A stretch of 32,000 nt of DNA from Nitrosospira multiformis ATCC 25196 (GCF_000196355.1 NC_007614.1:2130001-2162000); one strand, 5' to 3'. Positions 1 through 12,495 are shown, counted from the stretch's first letter. The notes: a model not told the origin generated them from the letters alone. Translations and numbers: made by a program.

Positions 1-874
1 ATTCCTGTTTGTACATGAGCGTGCAGGACGGCACCGCTGTAAGTATTGCATAACCTTCCCTGGCCAGTTTCGCCAAGGGAGGGATATTTTTATCCTTGAG
101 TTCTTTCACGGCTTGCAAGTCACCCAGCTCCAGCTTCGGCATTCCACAACAGGCTTCTTTCTCCACCAGGCATACTGGAATCTCGTTATGGTCCAGTATC
201 TTCAATAAATCGTGCCCTATTCCGGGCTCGTTATAGTTGATGTAACAGGTGGAATAAATTGCCACTTTCCCGGGCGTTCGCTCGCCGTTGCGCACCGCGT
301 GGTCCGCGTTCGGCTGGGCGGTCTTGCGAAATCTGTGACTGTCGTACTCCGGCAATCTGCGCTCTGCATGAATGCCAAGCATGCTGTCCATCAGTTTGCG
401 GGTAGCGGGCGCCTTGTTGATCGCATTGACTGCCTGGACCACGACGGGAATGCTGGCAAGCTTGCCCACCGCGTCGGTGCTGGATAATAGCTTGTCACGG
501 AAACTCGTACCGCCTTTTTCGTGCTTGACTGCCTTGGCGCGCAGCATCAGGTGTGGAAAATCGACATTCCATGGATGAGGGGGCACATACGGGCATTTCG
601 TCATGGAGCACATATCGCAGAGATAGCAGCGATCCACTACCTCCCAATATCTCGATTTCTCCACCGCGTCCAGTTCGCCGGTCGACCCCTCATCTATGAG
701 ATCGAACAAGCGCGGAAATGCGGTGCACAGATTCACACAGCGGCGGCAACCGTGACATATGTCGAAGACACGCTCCATCTCCGCGAACAGCTTGGGTTCG
801 TCATAATATTCCGGATTTTCCCAGTCGATGGGAAGGCGCTTCGGCGCCTCCAGGCTGCCTTCGCGAGTGGTCAT
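1..874 (-). CDS. (Fe-S)-binding / heterodisulfide-reductase-like protein, partial (C-terminus runs off the window)
   Basis: Minus-strand reading from ATG at 874: [50 protein letters not shown]..., followed by ...[21 protein letters not shown]. These are two cysteine-rich 4Fe-4S type motifs. The frame stays open to position 1. Confidence 0.8.
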   Translation of the reverse strand, partial: MTTREGSLEAPKRLPIDWENPEYYDEPKLFAEMERVFDICHGCRRCVNLCTAFPRLFDLIDEGSTGELDAVEKSRYWEVVDRCYLCDMCSMTKCPYVPPHPWNVDFPHLMLRAKAVKHEKGGTSFRDKLLSSTDAVGKLASIPVVVQAVNAINKAPATRKLMDSMLGIHAERRLPEYDSHRFRKTAQPNADHAVRNGERTPGKVAIYSTCYINYNEPGIGHDLLKILDHNEIPVCLVEKEACCGMPKLELGDLQAVKELKDKNIPPLAKLAREGYAILTAVPSCTLMYKQE

Positions 875-942
875 GCGTGAAAATGGATGGGGAAATAAAA
901 CAGATGGAAATTCGGTTGAAAATTCCCGAACAATAACAATAC

Positions 943-983
943 AAGCGGAAGGAACGGGATGCAGGATCCGATCCCTTCCGCTT
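943..983 (-). terminator. Probable rho-independent terminator downstream of rubrerythrin
   Basis: Inverted arms AAGCGGAAGG / CCTTCCGCTT, followed on the minus strand by T-rich GTATTGTTATTGTT. Confidence 0.55.
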
Positions 984-1033
984 GCTGTCTATAGTCGCCT
1001 ATCGGATCGACTGTCGCATTACTTGTCGAATCG

Positions 1034-1456
1034 TCAGTCGCCGAGACTGTCCAAGGCCTTTTGGAAGCGATTGGCGTGGGAGCGCTCGGCCTTGCCCAAT
1101 GTCTCAAACCATTCGGCGATTTCATCGAAACCTTCATCACGTGCAGTTTTAGCCATTCCGGGATACATATCGGTATATTCATGCGTCTCTCCCGCAATGG
1201 CTGTTTCAAGGTTGGCGCGCGTCGAACCAAATGGCAAGCCGGTAGCTGGATCTCCACTCGCCTCCAGGTATTCGAGGTGACCGTGCGCATGTCCGGTTTC
1301 GCCTTCAGCAGTCGAGCGGAAAACCACTGCCACATCGTTTTGCCCTTCCACATCCGCTTTGTTTGCGAAGTAGAGATAACGCCGGTTCGCCTGCGATTCC
1401 CCGGCAAAAGCCGCTTTCAAGTTTTCCTCGGTTTTGGTTCCTTTGAGTTCCATCAT
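1034..1456 (-). CDS. Rubrerythrin family protein (diiron domain only)
   Basis: 140 aa [39 protein letters not shown]...[10 protein letters not shown]...[25 protein letters not shown]...AERSHANRF is typical of rubrerythrin. Confidence 0.92.
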   Translation of the reverse strand: MMELKGTKTEENLKAAFAGESQANRRYLYFANKADVEGQNDVAVVFRSTAEGETGHAHGHLEYLEASGDPATGLPFGSTRANLETAIAGETHEYTDMYPGMAKTARDEGFDEIAEWFETLGKAERSHANRFQKALDSLGD

Positions 1457-1651
1457 TCCCCTCCTGTAATCAAATTGCCATAAATAGAGCTTTACACCGA
1501 TGCGGCCGGATATGCGCTCCGAATGAACCTGGATCCGTACGCATCAGCTCACTCTAGCTCTATGAGACTATCGAAGGCTACTTGAGTTGTCAACCGCCTA
1601 TATGCGTTCTTTATATTCCGCCTTTCCGCCGATGCGAACCGGACTGAAAAT

Positions 1652-2608
1652 TCAGGTAAGCAGGTTTTGCGGCTTGCCTGCCACCCAGGCTTCGATATTG
1701 TCGACCAGCTGATCGGCAAGAAAACGCATGGCCTCGGTAGAGGCCCAAGCAATATGAGGTGTCAGGATAAAGTTGGGACGGCGCAAGCCAAGCAGGGGAT
1801 TGCCGTTTCTGGGAGGTTCCGTCGTCAGCACATCGAAACCGGCGCCGGCGATAGTGCCATCGTCCAGAGCCTGTACCAATGCCGCCTCATCCACCAATCC
1901 TCCCCGCGCCGTGTTGATGAGCAATGCGCTGCGCTTCATCTTGCGCAATTCGTTCACGCCAATCAGGTTTCGGGTAGCGGGGGTCAGCGGGCAATGCAGC
2001 GAGAGGATGTCGGATTCCGCAAGTACCTGATCGAAGGGGGTAAGAACCATGTCCTTCTTCTTTCGCGATTCATGATGGGCAAACAGCACGCGCATGCCGA
2101 ATCCCTGTGCAATGGCGGCGGTACCGCGCCCGATCGTGCCCTCCCCGACAATACCGATGGTGGCGCCAAACAACTCACGGATCTCATGAGTAAACAGGCA
2201 GAACTGCTCCGATTTCTGCCACCTTCCCTGCTCGACCTCCTGTCGATAGGCTAAAAGATTTCTGCGTAGCGCGAGCACCAGGGCGAATACATGCTCAGGC
2301 ACGGTATGAATTGCATAATTGCGGATATTCGCCACTGCAATGCCGTGTCGGCGACAAGCACCGATATCGACAGCGTCATATCCGGTGGCCGCAATGGCGA
2401 CCATTTTCAGCTTTGGCAATTGTGCCAGAGTTTCCTCGCTCAACCCCACCTTGTTGATGATTGCGATGGTTGCATGCTGTAAATGCGACACCACCTGGTC
2501 AGGCTTCGTTTTGGCGTACTCCTCATACGTGTGCTCGAAATTAGGCCGGCGCACTTCCACCTTCAGGGAATCCCTTTCCAGAAAAACGACGTGATGATTC
2601 ATGTTCAT
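1652..2608 (-). CDS. D-2-hydroxyacid dehydrogenase (glycerate dehydrogenase / hydroxypyruvate reductase-like)
   Basis: The track ORF is 1652..2746, but the natural start is probably MNMNHHVVFLERD at 2608. Contains GIVGEGTIGRG-type nucleotide-binding region, NTARGGLVDE and HIAWAS motifs. Confidence 0.88.
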   Translation of the reverse strand: MNMNHHVVFLERDSLKVEVRRPNFEHTYEEYAKTKPDQVVSHLQHATIAIINKVGLSEETLAQLPKLKMVAIAATGYDAVDIGACRRHGIAVANIRNYAIHTVPEHVFALVLALRRNLLAYRQEVEQGRWQKSEQFCLFTHEIRELFGATIGIVGEGTIGRGTAAIAQGFGMRVLFAHHESRKKKDMVLTPFDQVLAESDILSLHCPLTPATRNLIGVNELRKMKRSALLINTARGGLVDEAALVQALDDGTIAGAGFDVLTTEPPRNGNPLLGLRRPNFILTPHIAWASTEAMRFLADQLVDNIEAWVAGKPQNLLT

Positions 2609-2682
2609 TTCCCTCTTGTGTGAAATTTGTACAGGAAACCGGAATTCCGGTACCAGTACCGGCAGAACCGGTGTGGACGGTA

Positions 2683-3588
2683 TTACTCCCGGTTCATCCT
2701 CGCTGAAAAGAGACTGGCCGAAACGATCATTGCTCCACCCGCCCATTCCCTCAGTGTCATGGCTTCATCCGTCAGGAAGTAAGCCGCCACCGCCGCCACT
2801 ACCAACTCGAACAGCATAATCACGATAGCCTGGTTGGCAGGGGTATGGGTAAGCCCGTATTGCACCACCAGACTCAGGGCAAATACCGTCAACCCCACCA
2901 GCAGCAGGAGCAGAAACGTATAGGTGGAAACATCGACCGAGGCAGGCAGACCAGCCAGGAACAGACTGTAGCCTAACGCCACCAGCGCAACTCCCAACCA
3001 TACTGCAACCGATTTTAATTGAACATCATGATACTGGTCTTTTCTGCTCAGCACGTTGGCCAAAGCGAACATGAAACCAGCGGATATTCCCATCCAGTCG
3101 GCATAGGAGGAAGGCAGCAGGCTGCCTTCCGGTTGCCATAACATGATTATCGCACCCCCCAGGGAAAAAACGATAACTAGATAACCGTGCATGCTTAACA
3201 TCTCACCCAGCAGGAAGCGCGCGAACACGATGGTCCATAACGGCGAGAGGTAAAATAACAGCATGACCCGCATGATTTCGCCATGGAGCACACCGAGGAC
3301 GTAAGCGAGATTCGCCCACCCTGCGGACAATCCTATTCCGACCAGCAGCCAGGTTTCCATGTCAAGTATGCGTATGGTGCGCAATTCATGACGAAATACA
3401 GCCAGGCCGAGCAACAGGGCCACAAGATAGGTAATAACGGTTGCAGCCGCACCGCTTACCCCGGCCTGCTCCAATAATCGATAGGGATACCACAGCAAAC
3501 CCCAGATTGTAGCCCCCACAAGCAGGGCAGCAATGGGGAAAGCCCCATGTCCACCTCGGGTATATTGTTTATTTTGCTTTGTGAGCAA
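2683..3588 (-). CDS. EamA/DMT-family transporter (RhaT/EamA-like permease)
   Basis: 301 aa hydrophobic ORF with about 10 TM segments in two similar halves; GATIWGLLWYPYRLLEQAGVSG...PLWTIVFARFLLGE...PANQAIVIMLFELVVAAVAAYFLTDEAMTLREWAGGAMIVSA. Confidence 0.85.
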   Translation of the reverse strand: MLTKQNKQYTRGGHGAFPIAALLVGATIWGLLWYPYRLLEQAGVSGAAATVITYLVALLLGLAVFRHELRTIRILDMETWLLVGIGLSAGWANLAYVLGVLHGEIMRVMLLFYLSPLWTIVFARFLLGEMLSMHGYLVIVFSLGGAIIMLWQPEGSLLPSSYADWMGISAGFMFALANVLSRKDQYHDVQLKSVAVWLGVALVALGYSLFLAGLPASVDVSTYTFLLLLLVGLTVFALSLVVQYGLTHTPANQAIVIMLFELVVAAVAAYFLTDEAMTLREWAGGAMIVSASLFSARMNRE

Positions 3589-3662
3589 GAGAGTGCCCTC
3601 TTATAATCCTGCTTCGATCAATAACTCAACGGGGAATAGAGCTTTCTTCCCATCGCCTTAAA

Positions 3663-4856
3663 TTGAATCCCAATCTGAACCGCCTGCAACCATACCCTTT
3701 TGAGAAACTCACCAAGCTATTTGAAGGAATCGAGCCTGCATCGGCTTTTACGCCTATCAGTCTCCACATCGGAGAGCCCAAGCATTCGACTCCGGATTTC
3801 ATTCGCCAGGCCTTGATGGAAAATCTGGTGAAGATGGCGCACTATCCGGCAACCCTCGGCGCACGCTCCCTGCGCGCCAGCATCGGCAAATGGCTGATGC
3901 AGCGCTACGGCCTGCCGGCAATCGACCCCGATACGGAAATCCTGCCGGTCAATGGCAGCCGCGAAGCCTTGTTTTCTTTTGCGCAGGCAGTGATCGATTC
4001 TTCCAAGCCCGGTGCAATTGTAATTTGTCCGAACCCGTTTTATCAGATATACGAAGGCGCTGCATTGCTTGCGGGCGCAACGCCCAGTTTCCTCAATACC
4101 CTGCCAGAGAATGATTTTTCGCTCGACTATGCTCAATTACCGGATGAAGTATGGTCGCGCACGCAGCTTGTGTATGTCTGTTCGCCCGGGAATCCCACCG
4201 GCCGCGTAATGTCGATGGACGAATGGCGCCATCTGTTCGAACTTTCGGACCGTTATGGATTTGTCATTGCATCGGACGAATGTTACTCTGAAATCTATTT
4301 TGATGAAGCTTCTCCTCCATTGGGCGCGCTCCAGGCCGCCCACCGCTTGGGCCGGGAGGGCTTCTCCCGGCTGGTGGTATTCAGCAGCCTTTCCAAAAGA
4401 TCGAATGTTCCCGGCATGCGTTCCGGATTCGTTGCCGGAGATGCGGCGATCCTGAAAAAATTCCTGCTCTACCGCACCTATCATGGCAGCGCGATGAACC
4501 CGGCGGTACAGGCGGCCAGCGAAGAGGCCTGGAATGATGAGGTTCATGTTGTCGAAAACCGCCGCCTCTACCGGGAGAAATTCAAGGCAGTCATCAAATT
4601 ACTACAGGGCGCGCTGTCGGTTTCGCTGCCGGACGCGGCTTTCTACCTGTGGTTGAAGGTCCCGGTGAATGACGTCGAGTTCGCCCGGCAGCTCTATCGC
4701 GATTATAATGTCACGGTTTTGCCCGGCAGCTACCTCGCACGGCATGCGCACGGGATTAACCCCGGCGAAAATTTTGTCCGCATTGCCCTGGTGGCATCCG
4801 TAATGGAATGCGCCGCCGCTACCGAACGGATAAAGAAGCTGGTATCCAGATTGTAG
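3663..4856 (+). CDS. dapC: Succinyldiaminopimelate transaminase
   Basis: 397 aa with TTG start. MNPNLNRLQPYPFEKLTKLFEG...SLHIGEPKH...VNGSREALFSFAQAV...VYVCSPGNPTGRVM...SSLSKRSNVPGMRSGFVAGD. Directly followed by dapD and dapE. Confidence 0.93.
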   Translation: MNPNLNRLQPYPFEKLTKLFEGIEPASAFTPISLHIGEPKHSTPDFIRQALMENLVKMAHYPATLGARSLRASIGKWLMQRYGLPAIDPDTEILPVNGSREALFSFAQAVIDSSKPGAIVICPNPFYQIYEGAALLAGATPSFLNTLPENDFSLDYAQLPDEVWSRTQLVYVCSPGNPTGRVMSMDEWRHLFELSDRYGFVIASDECYSEIYFDEASPPLGALQAAHRLGREGFSRLVVFSSLSKRSNVPGMRSGFVAGDAAILKKFLLYRTYHGSAMNPAVQAASEEAWNDEVHVVENRRLYREKFKAVIKLLQGALSVSLPDAAFYLWLKVPVNDVEFARQLYRDYNVTVLPGSYLARHAHGINPGENFVRIALVASVMECAAATERIKKLVSRL

Positions 4857-4904
4857 CGGGTAGCCTGGAGCAGCGATATATCAACAAGAAATCAAAGGAA
4901 GATC

Positions 4905-5726
4905 ATGGATCAGCTCCAAAGTACGATTGAAGAAGCGTTTGAACGCCGCGCCGAGATGACCCCGCGTAACGTCGAAGCGAAGCTCAAGGAATCCATTACC
5001 CAGGTACTGGAAATGCTCGACAGCGGCAAACTGCGGGTGGCGGAAAAAACAGACGGCGAATGGAAAACCCATCAATGGATAAAAAAAGCGGTGCTGTTGT
5101 CGTTCCGCATCGAGGACAACAGCTTCATCAAGGGTGGATTTTCCAATTATTTCGACAAAGTACCTTCCAAGTTCGCAGATTACAGCTCCCGCGATTTTCG
5201 TAATGGCGGTTTCCGCGTCGTGCCTCCCGCAACCGTACGCAAAGGCGCTTTCATTGCCAGCAATGTCGTACTGATGCCCTCCTACGTCAATATCGGCGCA
5301 TACGTAGATGAAGGGACCATGGTCGACACCTGGGCTACAGTGGGTTCCTGCGCCCAGATCGGAAAAAACGTGCATCTATCCGGTGGGGTCGGAATCGGCG
5401 GGGTGCTCGAGCCCGTGCAGGCCAATCCTACCATCATCGAGGACAACTGCTTCATCGGCGCGCGTTCGGAAGTCGTGGAAGGCGTGATTGTCGGTGAAAA
5501 CTCCGTGATTTCCATGGGGGTATACATCGGTCAGAGCACCCGGATTTATAACCGCGAAACAGGTGAAATCAGCTATGGCCGTATCCCTCCCGGTTCCGTC
5601 GTCGTTTCCGGCAGCCTGCCTTCCGCAGATGGCAAATACAGCCTCTATTGCGCAGTCATCGTGAAACAGGTGGACGCCAAGACCCGAGCTAAAACCGGTA
5701 TCAATGAGCTGTTAAGGGGAATTTAA
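4905..5726 (+). CDS. dapD: 2,3,4,5-tetrahydropyridine-2,6-dicarboxylate N-succinyltransferase
   Basis: 273 aa; left-handed beta-helix hexapeptide repeats, [40 protein letters not shown]. Confidence 0.97.
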   Translation: MDQLQSTIEEAFERRAEMTPRNVEAKLKESITQVLEMLDSGKLRVAEKTDGEWKTHQWIKKAVLLSFRIEDNSFIKGGFSNYFDKVPSKFADYSSRDFRNGGFRVVPPATVRKGAFIASNVVLMPSYVNIGAYVDEGTMVDTWATVGSCAQIGKNVHLSGGVGIGGVLEPVQANPTIIEDNCFIGARSEVVEGVIVGENSVISMGVYIGQSTRIYNRETGEISYGRIPPGSVVVSGSLPSADGKYSLYCAVIVKQVDAKTRAKTGINELLRGI

Positions 5727-6920
<1,194 letters not shown>

Positions 6921-7369
6921 GAATAAAAATGGAGATGGACCATTTCTACGGGCGGGACTGACCCGGACGTACACGCACATCACCCACTGCCCGCTCTCGC
7001 AACTCCCGCAGCACCTCCAGCCGGTGGAGCAGCACTGTTGCGGTGGCGGTACACCGCCTGGCAAAGCAGTCTCCATTGCTGGATATGATCCTGGCCGATG
7101 AGGCGTCCCCAAAAGCTGCATGAGCAGCACGATAAGTATTGCTTGCCATACACGGACGTCCCTGCGTTAATCCTGGCATATTCGCGGAGTTCATTTCTTG
7201 CCTCCTTCCGTTGCCAACGGTTAACTCTATAGTACGGCTCACAATTCCGTTTTCGAATATTTTCAAGCGATTAAAAGATAGACGTTAAATCAGGAGTCTT
7301 TCGTCCGACGGCGGGCGGATGGTCGACATACAGATCCTCAAGACTACTTTTTCTCACGGACAAGAATGA

Positions 7370-8278
7370 ATGTTCATTGAAGCCAAAAACCAGCTCCAGA
7401 CCATCCGCGACGTACTGCGTTTCGCCATAAGCCGCTTTAACGATGCAGGGCTTCATTTTGGTCATGGCTCTGCCTCGGCGTATGACGAAGCAGCTTATCT
7501 CATTCTCCACACGCTGCATCTTCCACTTGACCGGCTGGAACCGTTTCTGGATGCCCGCATCCTTCCGGGCGAGCTGGAACTGGTCCTGAAAATAATCGAG
7601 CGCCGTGCAACAGAAAAGATTCCGGCTGCCTATCTGACGAGAGAAGCCTGGCTGGGGGATTTCCATTTTTATGTGGATGAACGCGTGATCGTACCGCGCT
7701 CCTTCATTGCGGAATTGCTGCGAGAACAACTTGCGCCCTGGATGGAAGAGCCGGCAGAAGTTTATTCCGCATTGGATCTTTGCACCGGCTCCGGATGTCT
7801 GGCGATACTGCTCGCACATGCGTTTCCCAATGCAGCCATCGATGCGACAGATATTTCAGCGAATGCCTTGCAGGTTGCTGAAAAAAATGTGGAGGAGTAT
7901 GGCCTGGAGGACCGGATCGATCTTATCCAGTCGGATCTATTCGCGGCATTGGCAGACCGCCGCTACGATCTTATTGTCAGCAATCCGCCCTATGTCAACG
8001 CGGAAGCAATGGCAGCGTTGCCGGAGGAATATCGCCATGAGCCGCAGAGTGCGCTTGCCAGCGGCGAGGATGGACTGAAGGCGACAAAGGTAATACTACG
8101 GGACGCAGCAAACCATTTGACCGCTGATGGGTTACTCATTGTCGAAATCGGTCATAACAGGGAAGCCCTGGAGCGTGCCTTTCCCGATACACCTTTTACC
8201 TGGCTGGACACCAGTGCAGGCGATGAGTTTGTTTTCCTGCTGAAACGGGACCAGCTTCCCAGGCATCAGGCTTTGTAA
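7370..8278 (+). CDS. prmB: 50S ribosomal protein L3 N(5)-glutamine methyltransferase
   Basis: 302 aa; TIRDVLRFAISRFNDAGLHFGHGSASAYDEAAYL, DLCTGSGCLAILLA, IVSNPPYVN. Confidence 0.93.
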   Translation: MFIEAKNQLQTIRDVLRFAISRFNDAGLHFGHGSASAYDEAAYLILHTLHLPLDRLEPFLDARILPGELELVLKIIERRATEKIPAAYLTREAWLGDFHFYVDERVIVPRSFIAELLREQLAPWMEEPAEVYSALDLCTGSGCLAILLAHAFPNAAIDATDISANALQVAEKNVEEYGLEDRIDLIQSDLFAALADRRYDLIVSNPPYVNAEAMAALPEEYRHEPQSALASGEDGLKATKVILRDAANHLTADGLLIVEIGHNREALERAFPDTPFTWLDTSAGDEFVFLLKRDQLPRHQAL

Positions 8279-9213
8279 CCGACCAGTTCCAGCAGGCGTC
8301 CTATCTCTGCCTCGTTCAATTCCATCGACTTTCCCCGTTTCAAACGGGAGGGCAAGTTGATAGGGCCAAAACGAACCCGCATCAGGCGGCTCACCGTCAT
8401 TCCCACCGCTTCGAACATCCGCCGTACTTCGCGATTCCTGCCTTCCTTCAATATCACGCGATACCAGTGGTTGGAGCCCTCACCCCCTTCATCCGACAGG
8501 TAATCGAACTTGGCCGCGCCGTCCTCCAGCTCAACACCCGAGGTCAGCAACGTTGCCTGCTCCGGCGTCAGCCTTCCGATGATCCGCACTGCGTATTCGC
8601 GCTCGACTTCGAAGCGCGGATGCATCAGCCGGTTGGCCAATTCCCCATCCGTGGTGAAAACCAGCAAACCGCTGGTGTTGTAATCCAACCTGCCAATAGC
8701 AATCCATTTGGACGACCTCAACTGCGGCAGTTTGTCGAAGACCGACGTACGGCCTTGGGGATCATCCTGGCTGACGATTTCCCCCTCCGGCTTGTGATAG
8801 AGCATGACGCGGGGCAGACGGCGGGCGGATCTGAAGTGAACGACGCGCTTCCCTACTCTCACGACATCTCGAGCGGCGATACGGTCCCCCACTTGTGCGG
8901 TCTTTCCGTTGATCGTCACCTGTCCACTGGCGATCAGCTCTTCCATTTCGCGTCTCGAACCCAATCCCGCCTGGGCCAGCACCTTGTGCAATTTCTGCGT
9001 AACGGGTTGAGGGGAGGTGGAACCCACGCCAGATTGAGGTGTTGCCGCGGGTTTTATCGATCCCTTTAGCCCCGCTCCTCTCAGCCGGCTTCGTACAGGC
9101 GATTGGAGTGATTTGGGTGAGTCTGCCGGAGTTGACGAAGCGGGAGACTTTGTGATTTTCATGGAACGGCGTCGTCTGACCGCCTCGGGGGACGGCGATG
9201 ACCTGGTTTTCAT
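8266..9213 (-). CDS. rluB: 23S rRNA pseudouridine synthase (RluB-type)
   Basis: 315 aa; S4-like KVLAQAGLGSRREMEELIASGQVTINGK, IGRLDYNTSGLLVFTTDGELANRLMHP, EGRNREVRRMFEAVG. The 3' end overlaps prmB by 13 bp (convergent). Confidence 0.9.
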   Translation of the reverse strand: MKTRSSPSPEAVRRRRSMKITKSPASSTPADSPKSLQSPVRSRLRGAGLKGSIKPAATPQSGVGSTSPQPVTQKLHKVLAQAGLGSRREMEELIASGQVTINGKTAQVGDRIAARDVVRVGKRVVHFRSARRLPRVMLYHKPEGEIVSQDDPQGRTSVFDKLPQLRSSKWIAIGRLDYNTSGLLVFTTDGELANRLMHPRFEVEREYAVRIIGRLTPEQATLLTSGVELEDGAAKFDYLSDEGGEGSNHWYRVILKEGRNREVRRMFEAVGMTVSRLMRVRFGPINLPSRLKRGKSMELNEAEIGRLLELVGYKA

Positions 9214-9319
9214 CGCAGCTCCAATTTCAAGCCTTCCAATTTCCAGTTTCCCATGCTAGCGAGTGCTCGGATGGGATGAGAAAAACGGTGGGCTGTTTGT
9301 ACTGAACCTTCGTCTTCCC

Positions 9320-9359
9320 GTTCGCCCTGAACTTGTCCAAGGTCGAACAGGCTCAGGAT
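9320..9359. repeat. Degenerate REP-like element, possibly a decayed copy of an interspersed palindrome
   Basis: GTTCGCCCTGAACTTGTCCAAGGTCGAACAGGCTCAGG resembles the common TTCGCCCTGAGC-TTGTCGAAGGGCGAA type intergenic palindrome with substitutions. Confidence 0.35.
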
Positions 9360-9462
9360 ATATCCTCCGACAGGCTTAGAGCGAATTTTTCGGGGAGCGA
9401 GCAGATAAAAAGACGGCATAAGAAACAAGGGGCAGAGTGAATATTTGCGAAATAAATGCTTG

Positions 9463-10062
9463 CTACTTGACTTCCCTGCGCTCGAGCACTGCCTGCGCGA
9501 GGGTACCGCTATCCACGTGCTCCAACTCCCCCCCCACTGGCAATCCCCGCGCGATACGCGTGATTTTCAGGCCCTCGTTCTGCAGCATCTCCCCGATATA
9601 ATGCGCCGTAGCTTCACCTTCCACGGTAAAATTGGTAGCAAGAATGACTTCCTTCACCATATTATCCCGAGCGCGCTTCAACAGCCGATCAAGATTGATT
9701 TCCCGAGGGCCGATGCCATCCAGAGGTGAGAGTCGCCCCATCAACACGAAATACATGCCTTTGTAGCAATGTGCCTGCTCCATCATTAGCAAATCGGCAG
9801 GCATCTCCACCACGCACAGCAGAGCAGGATCCCGCCGTTGAGAACTGCATAACTCGCATACGACCTCTTCGGTAAAGTTATTGCATTTTTCGCAATGCCT
9901 GACATGTTCCAGTGCATAGTCGAGTGAATCTGCGAGGCGACGCGCCCCCTCCTGGTCGCGCTGCAACAAATGATATGCCATGCGTTGTGCTGACCGGGGA
10001 CCGACACCGGGCAAGCAGCGTAACGCATTGATCAATTCATCGAGACTCCGCGGGGCGTTCAC
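9463..10062 (-). CDS. recR: Recombination protein RecR
   Basis: 199 aa; [60 protein letters not shown]. Confidence 0.97.
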   Translation of the reverse strand: MNAPRSLDELINALRCLPGVGPRSAQRMAYHLLQRDQEGARRLADSLDYALEHVRHCEKCNNFTEEVVCELCSSQRRDPALLCVVEMPADLLMMEQAHCYKGMYFVLMGRLSPLDGIGPREINLDRLLKRARDNMVKEVILATNFTVEGEATAHYIGEMLQNEGLKITRIARGLPVGGELEHVDSGTLAQAVLERREVK

Positions 10063-10124
10063 TCAAACGTAAAATTATTCAATAGAATCAGGAACTGCGG
10101 GATTGCGCCAATCTGGAATTCACG

Positions 10125-10463
10125 TTAGAACGGCAGTTTCATTCCCGGGGGCAGGCCCAAACCGGAGGTAAATCCCGCCATTTTTTCCTGAGTCGTTGAT
10201 TCCACCCGCCGCACCGCGTCATTCACCGCTGCTGCGATCAAATCTTCCAGCATCTCCTTATCGTCTCCCATGAGACTGCTGTCAATGCTCACGCGCCTGA
10301 CATCATAACGGCATGTCATCACGACTTTCACCATACCTGCGCCGGATTGGCCCTCAACTTCTATCGAAGCCAATTTCTCCTGCATGGCTTTCATGTTCTC
10401 CTGCATCTGCTGAGCCTGCTTCATCAGGTTGCCCAAGCCACCTTTCATCATTTTTACCTCCAC
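10125..10463 (-). CDS. YbaB/EbfC family nucleoid-associated protein
   Basis: 112 aa; [39 protein letters not shown]...[23 protein letters not shown]. Located between dnaX and recR, as expected. Confidence 0.95.
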   Translation of the reverse strand: MEVKMMKGGLGNLMKQAQQMQENMKAMQEKLASIEVEGQSGAGMVKVVMTCRYDVRRVSIDSSLMGDDKEMLEDLIAAAVNDAVRRVESTTQEKMAGFTSGLGLPPGMKLPF

Positions 10464-12205
10464 TATTGAATAGGTTTGATCGAAGAAACGATCAATTTTG
10501 CATCAAAATTTTCAACGAGTTCACGCACGAACGGATCGGACTCGATAGCCGCGATGGCCTGCGATTGCTTCTCCTGCTTTTCACGATTTTCCTGCTCAGC
10601 CGGGCTCATGCCGTTAACGATTCCCACTGCAAACTTCAGCCGCACCGGCTTATCAAGATACTCCCTCACGGCGGCTTGCAGTCTGTCCTGATAGGTCTTG
10701 TCCAGCAAATGCTTATGGAGTTCCGGTACGCAAAATTCTATTTCATCCTCGGAAGAACTCTTCACCTCGCAATATTGAGCCAGCATTCTGGTCAATCCGC
10801 TTACCTTCAATTGGCCGACTATGGTAATCCAGCTATGACTGAAAGACTGTACGAAGCTCGGCTTTACCGGCGTGGGATCGCGCTCCAGCGAAGCCGGCAC
10901 GGGTCCTGTCGGCTCCCTTGAATCCCCGTTGGCAGCATTCCTGGCCGCCCTCTCTTCCTGGGAGTTTCCTTCCTTTTCTATCTCTGCCATCTCTGTTCGG
11001 TCTGACTGCTGAGCCTGTCGAGGGGTCGAAGGATATTTGCCACTTCCTGGTTTTGTAGGCAAAAAACCTGGCGTTCCTCCGTCCCTGCCTGCCTTCCCTC
11101 CTCCTGACAGGAAATCTTCCGGAATGAAAGCCAGCATACGCAGCAACGTCATGGTGAAACCCGCATACTCATCCGGTGCCCGCCCGAGGTCCTCGCGCCC
11201 GTGTATGGCAATCTGATAGAACAATTGAATATCTTCTGGCGTGAATGTTTTCGCCAGCCGGAAAATCCGATCCCGCTCAGGTTCATCATCACCAATCGCT
11301 GCGGGAACGATTTGCGCCAGGGTCAGACGATGCAGCAGGGTCGCCAGATCCTGCAAAGCGGCGTCAAACGAGAGACTGCGGGTTTCCATCGCATCCGCGA
11401 TCGCAAGCATTCGGGCGCCATCTCGTTGCGCCAGTGCCTCCAGCAGATCAAACAGATACCCCTGATCGACCGCACCAAGCATATCGCGCACTCCTGCTTC
11501 TTCGATCTTTCCCTCGCCAAAAGCGATGGCCTGATCCAGAATGCTCAAGGCATCACGCATACTGCCCTGCGCCGCGCGCGCCAATAACTGCAGGGAAGTG
11601 GCATCACAGTTTATATGCTCCTGTTCGAGCACATGCCTGAGGTGCGAGACGATCAGCGGAAACGGAATCTGCTTGAGGTTGAATTGCAGGCAGCGAGACA
11701 AAACCGTTACCGGAATCTTCTGCGGATCAGTGGTCGCAAGTATGAATTTGACATGTTCCGGCGGCTCTTCCAGCGTTTTCAGCATGGCGTTGAAAGCTGA
11801 TTTGGAAAGCATATGTACTTCATCAATGATGTACACCTTATAGCGTGCAACCGTGGGAGCATACAGCGCGTTCTCCAGCAGTTCACGCATTTTTTCCACC
11901 TGCGTATTGGAGGCGGCATCAACTTCGATCAGGTCAACAAAACGCCCGCCGTCAATTTCGATACAAGCAGAACAGACCCCGCAAGGCTCCGATGTAACTC
12001 CGGCCTGGCAGTTGAGCGCCTTTGCCAGAATGCGCGCTATGGTCGTCTTGCCGATCCCGCGCGTGCCCGTAAACAGATAAGCATGATGTAAACGCTTCTG
12101 TTCGAGAGCATTGGTAAGTGCACGAACAACATGATCCTGTCCGGTCAGTTCGGAAAAGCGCCGGGGACGCCATTTGCGGGCAAGGACTTGAGTCGGGGAG
12201 GACAC
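10463..12205 (-). CDS. dnaX: DNA polymerase III subunit gamma/tau
   Basis: 580 aa; [83 protein letters not shown]. Confidence 0.97.
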   Translation of the reverse strand: MSSPTQVLARKWRPRRFSELTGQDHVVRALTNALEQKRLHHAYLFTGTRGIGKTTIARILAKALNCQAGVTSEPCGVCSACIEIDGGRFVDLIEVDAASNTQVEKMRELLENALYAPTVARYKVYIIDEVHMLSKSAFNAMLKTLEEPPEHVKFILATTDPQKIPVTVLSRCLQFNLKQIPFPLIVSHLRHVLEQEHINCDATSLQLLARAAQGSMRDALSILDQAIAFGEGKIEEAGVRDMLGAVDQGYLFDLLEALAQRDGARMLAIADAMETRSLSFDAALQDLATLLHRLTLAQIVPAAIGDDEPERDRIFRLAKTFTPEDIQLFYQIAIHGREDLGRAPDEYAGFTMTLLRMLAFIPEDFLSGGGKAGRDGGTPGFLPTKPGSGKYPSTPRQAQQSDRTEMAEIEKEGNSQEERAARNAANGDSREPTGPVPASLERDPTPVKPSFVQSFSHSWITIVGQLKVSGLTRMLAQYCEVKSSSEDEIEFCVPELHKHLLDKTYQDRLQAAVREYLDKPVRLKFAVGIVNGMSPAEQENREKQEKQSQAIAAIESDPFVRELVENFDAKLIVSSIKPIQ

Positions 12206-12342
12206 GCTATGTCGAGAATCGAATCGGCGAAACGGTTATTTCAGATTTTCAGCGGAGGCTGTAACTGATGGTATGAATCATTGAAGCGTGCAGTTGGGAA
12301 GATGGCACTCGTCCGATCCACCCAACGTGCACAAAAAAGGGT

Positions 12343-12438
12343 GGCGAGCCCGACCCCCGGCACTTGCAAAAAATAGCTGTGGCTGCTTCCTTCCGGACCT
12401 GACCAGGTTCACTACCATGCAATGCGGGGAGGCCCGCC
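12343..12438 (-). ncRNA. ffs: Signal recognition particle RNA, small bacterial (4.5S) type
   Basis: The minus strand contains GGTCAGGTCCGGAAGGAAGCAGCC (SRP apical loop region). Ends GGCGGGCC / GGCTCGCC form the terminal helix and are followed by ACCCTTTTTT. Confidence 0.95.
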
Positions 12439-12465
12439 GTAAAGCTAAAAGAAAAAATTAAAAAA

Positions 12466-12495
12466 GCACAATCTCCGTAAACTGAGAAATTGTGC
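12466..12495 (-). terminator. Rho-independent terminator, not assigned to any gene
   Basis: Minus strand: GCACAATTTCTCAGTTTACGGAGATTGTGC followed by TTTTTTAATTTTTTC. Stem GCACAAT/ATTGTGC plus CTC/GAG. Confidence 0.65.

Noticed and set aside
4137-4547. Minus-strand ORFs inside dapC
   Set aside because: Antisense to a confidently identified dapC coding sequence.
6946-7266. 106-aa minus-strand ORF between dapE and prmB
   Set aside because: Arg/Ala-rich with no recognisable domain; could be real but not supported from sequence alone.
10463-12205. Possible programmed frameshift in dnaX producing gamma
   Set aside because: In the linker region I see no A AAA AAG-type slippery heptamer; the nearest purine run reads AGAAAAGGAAGGAAA.
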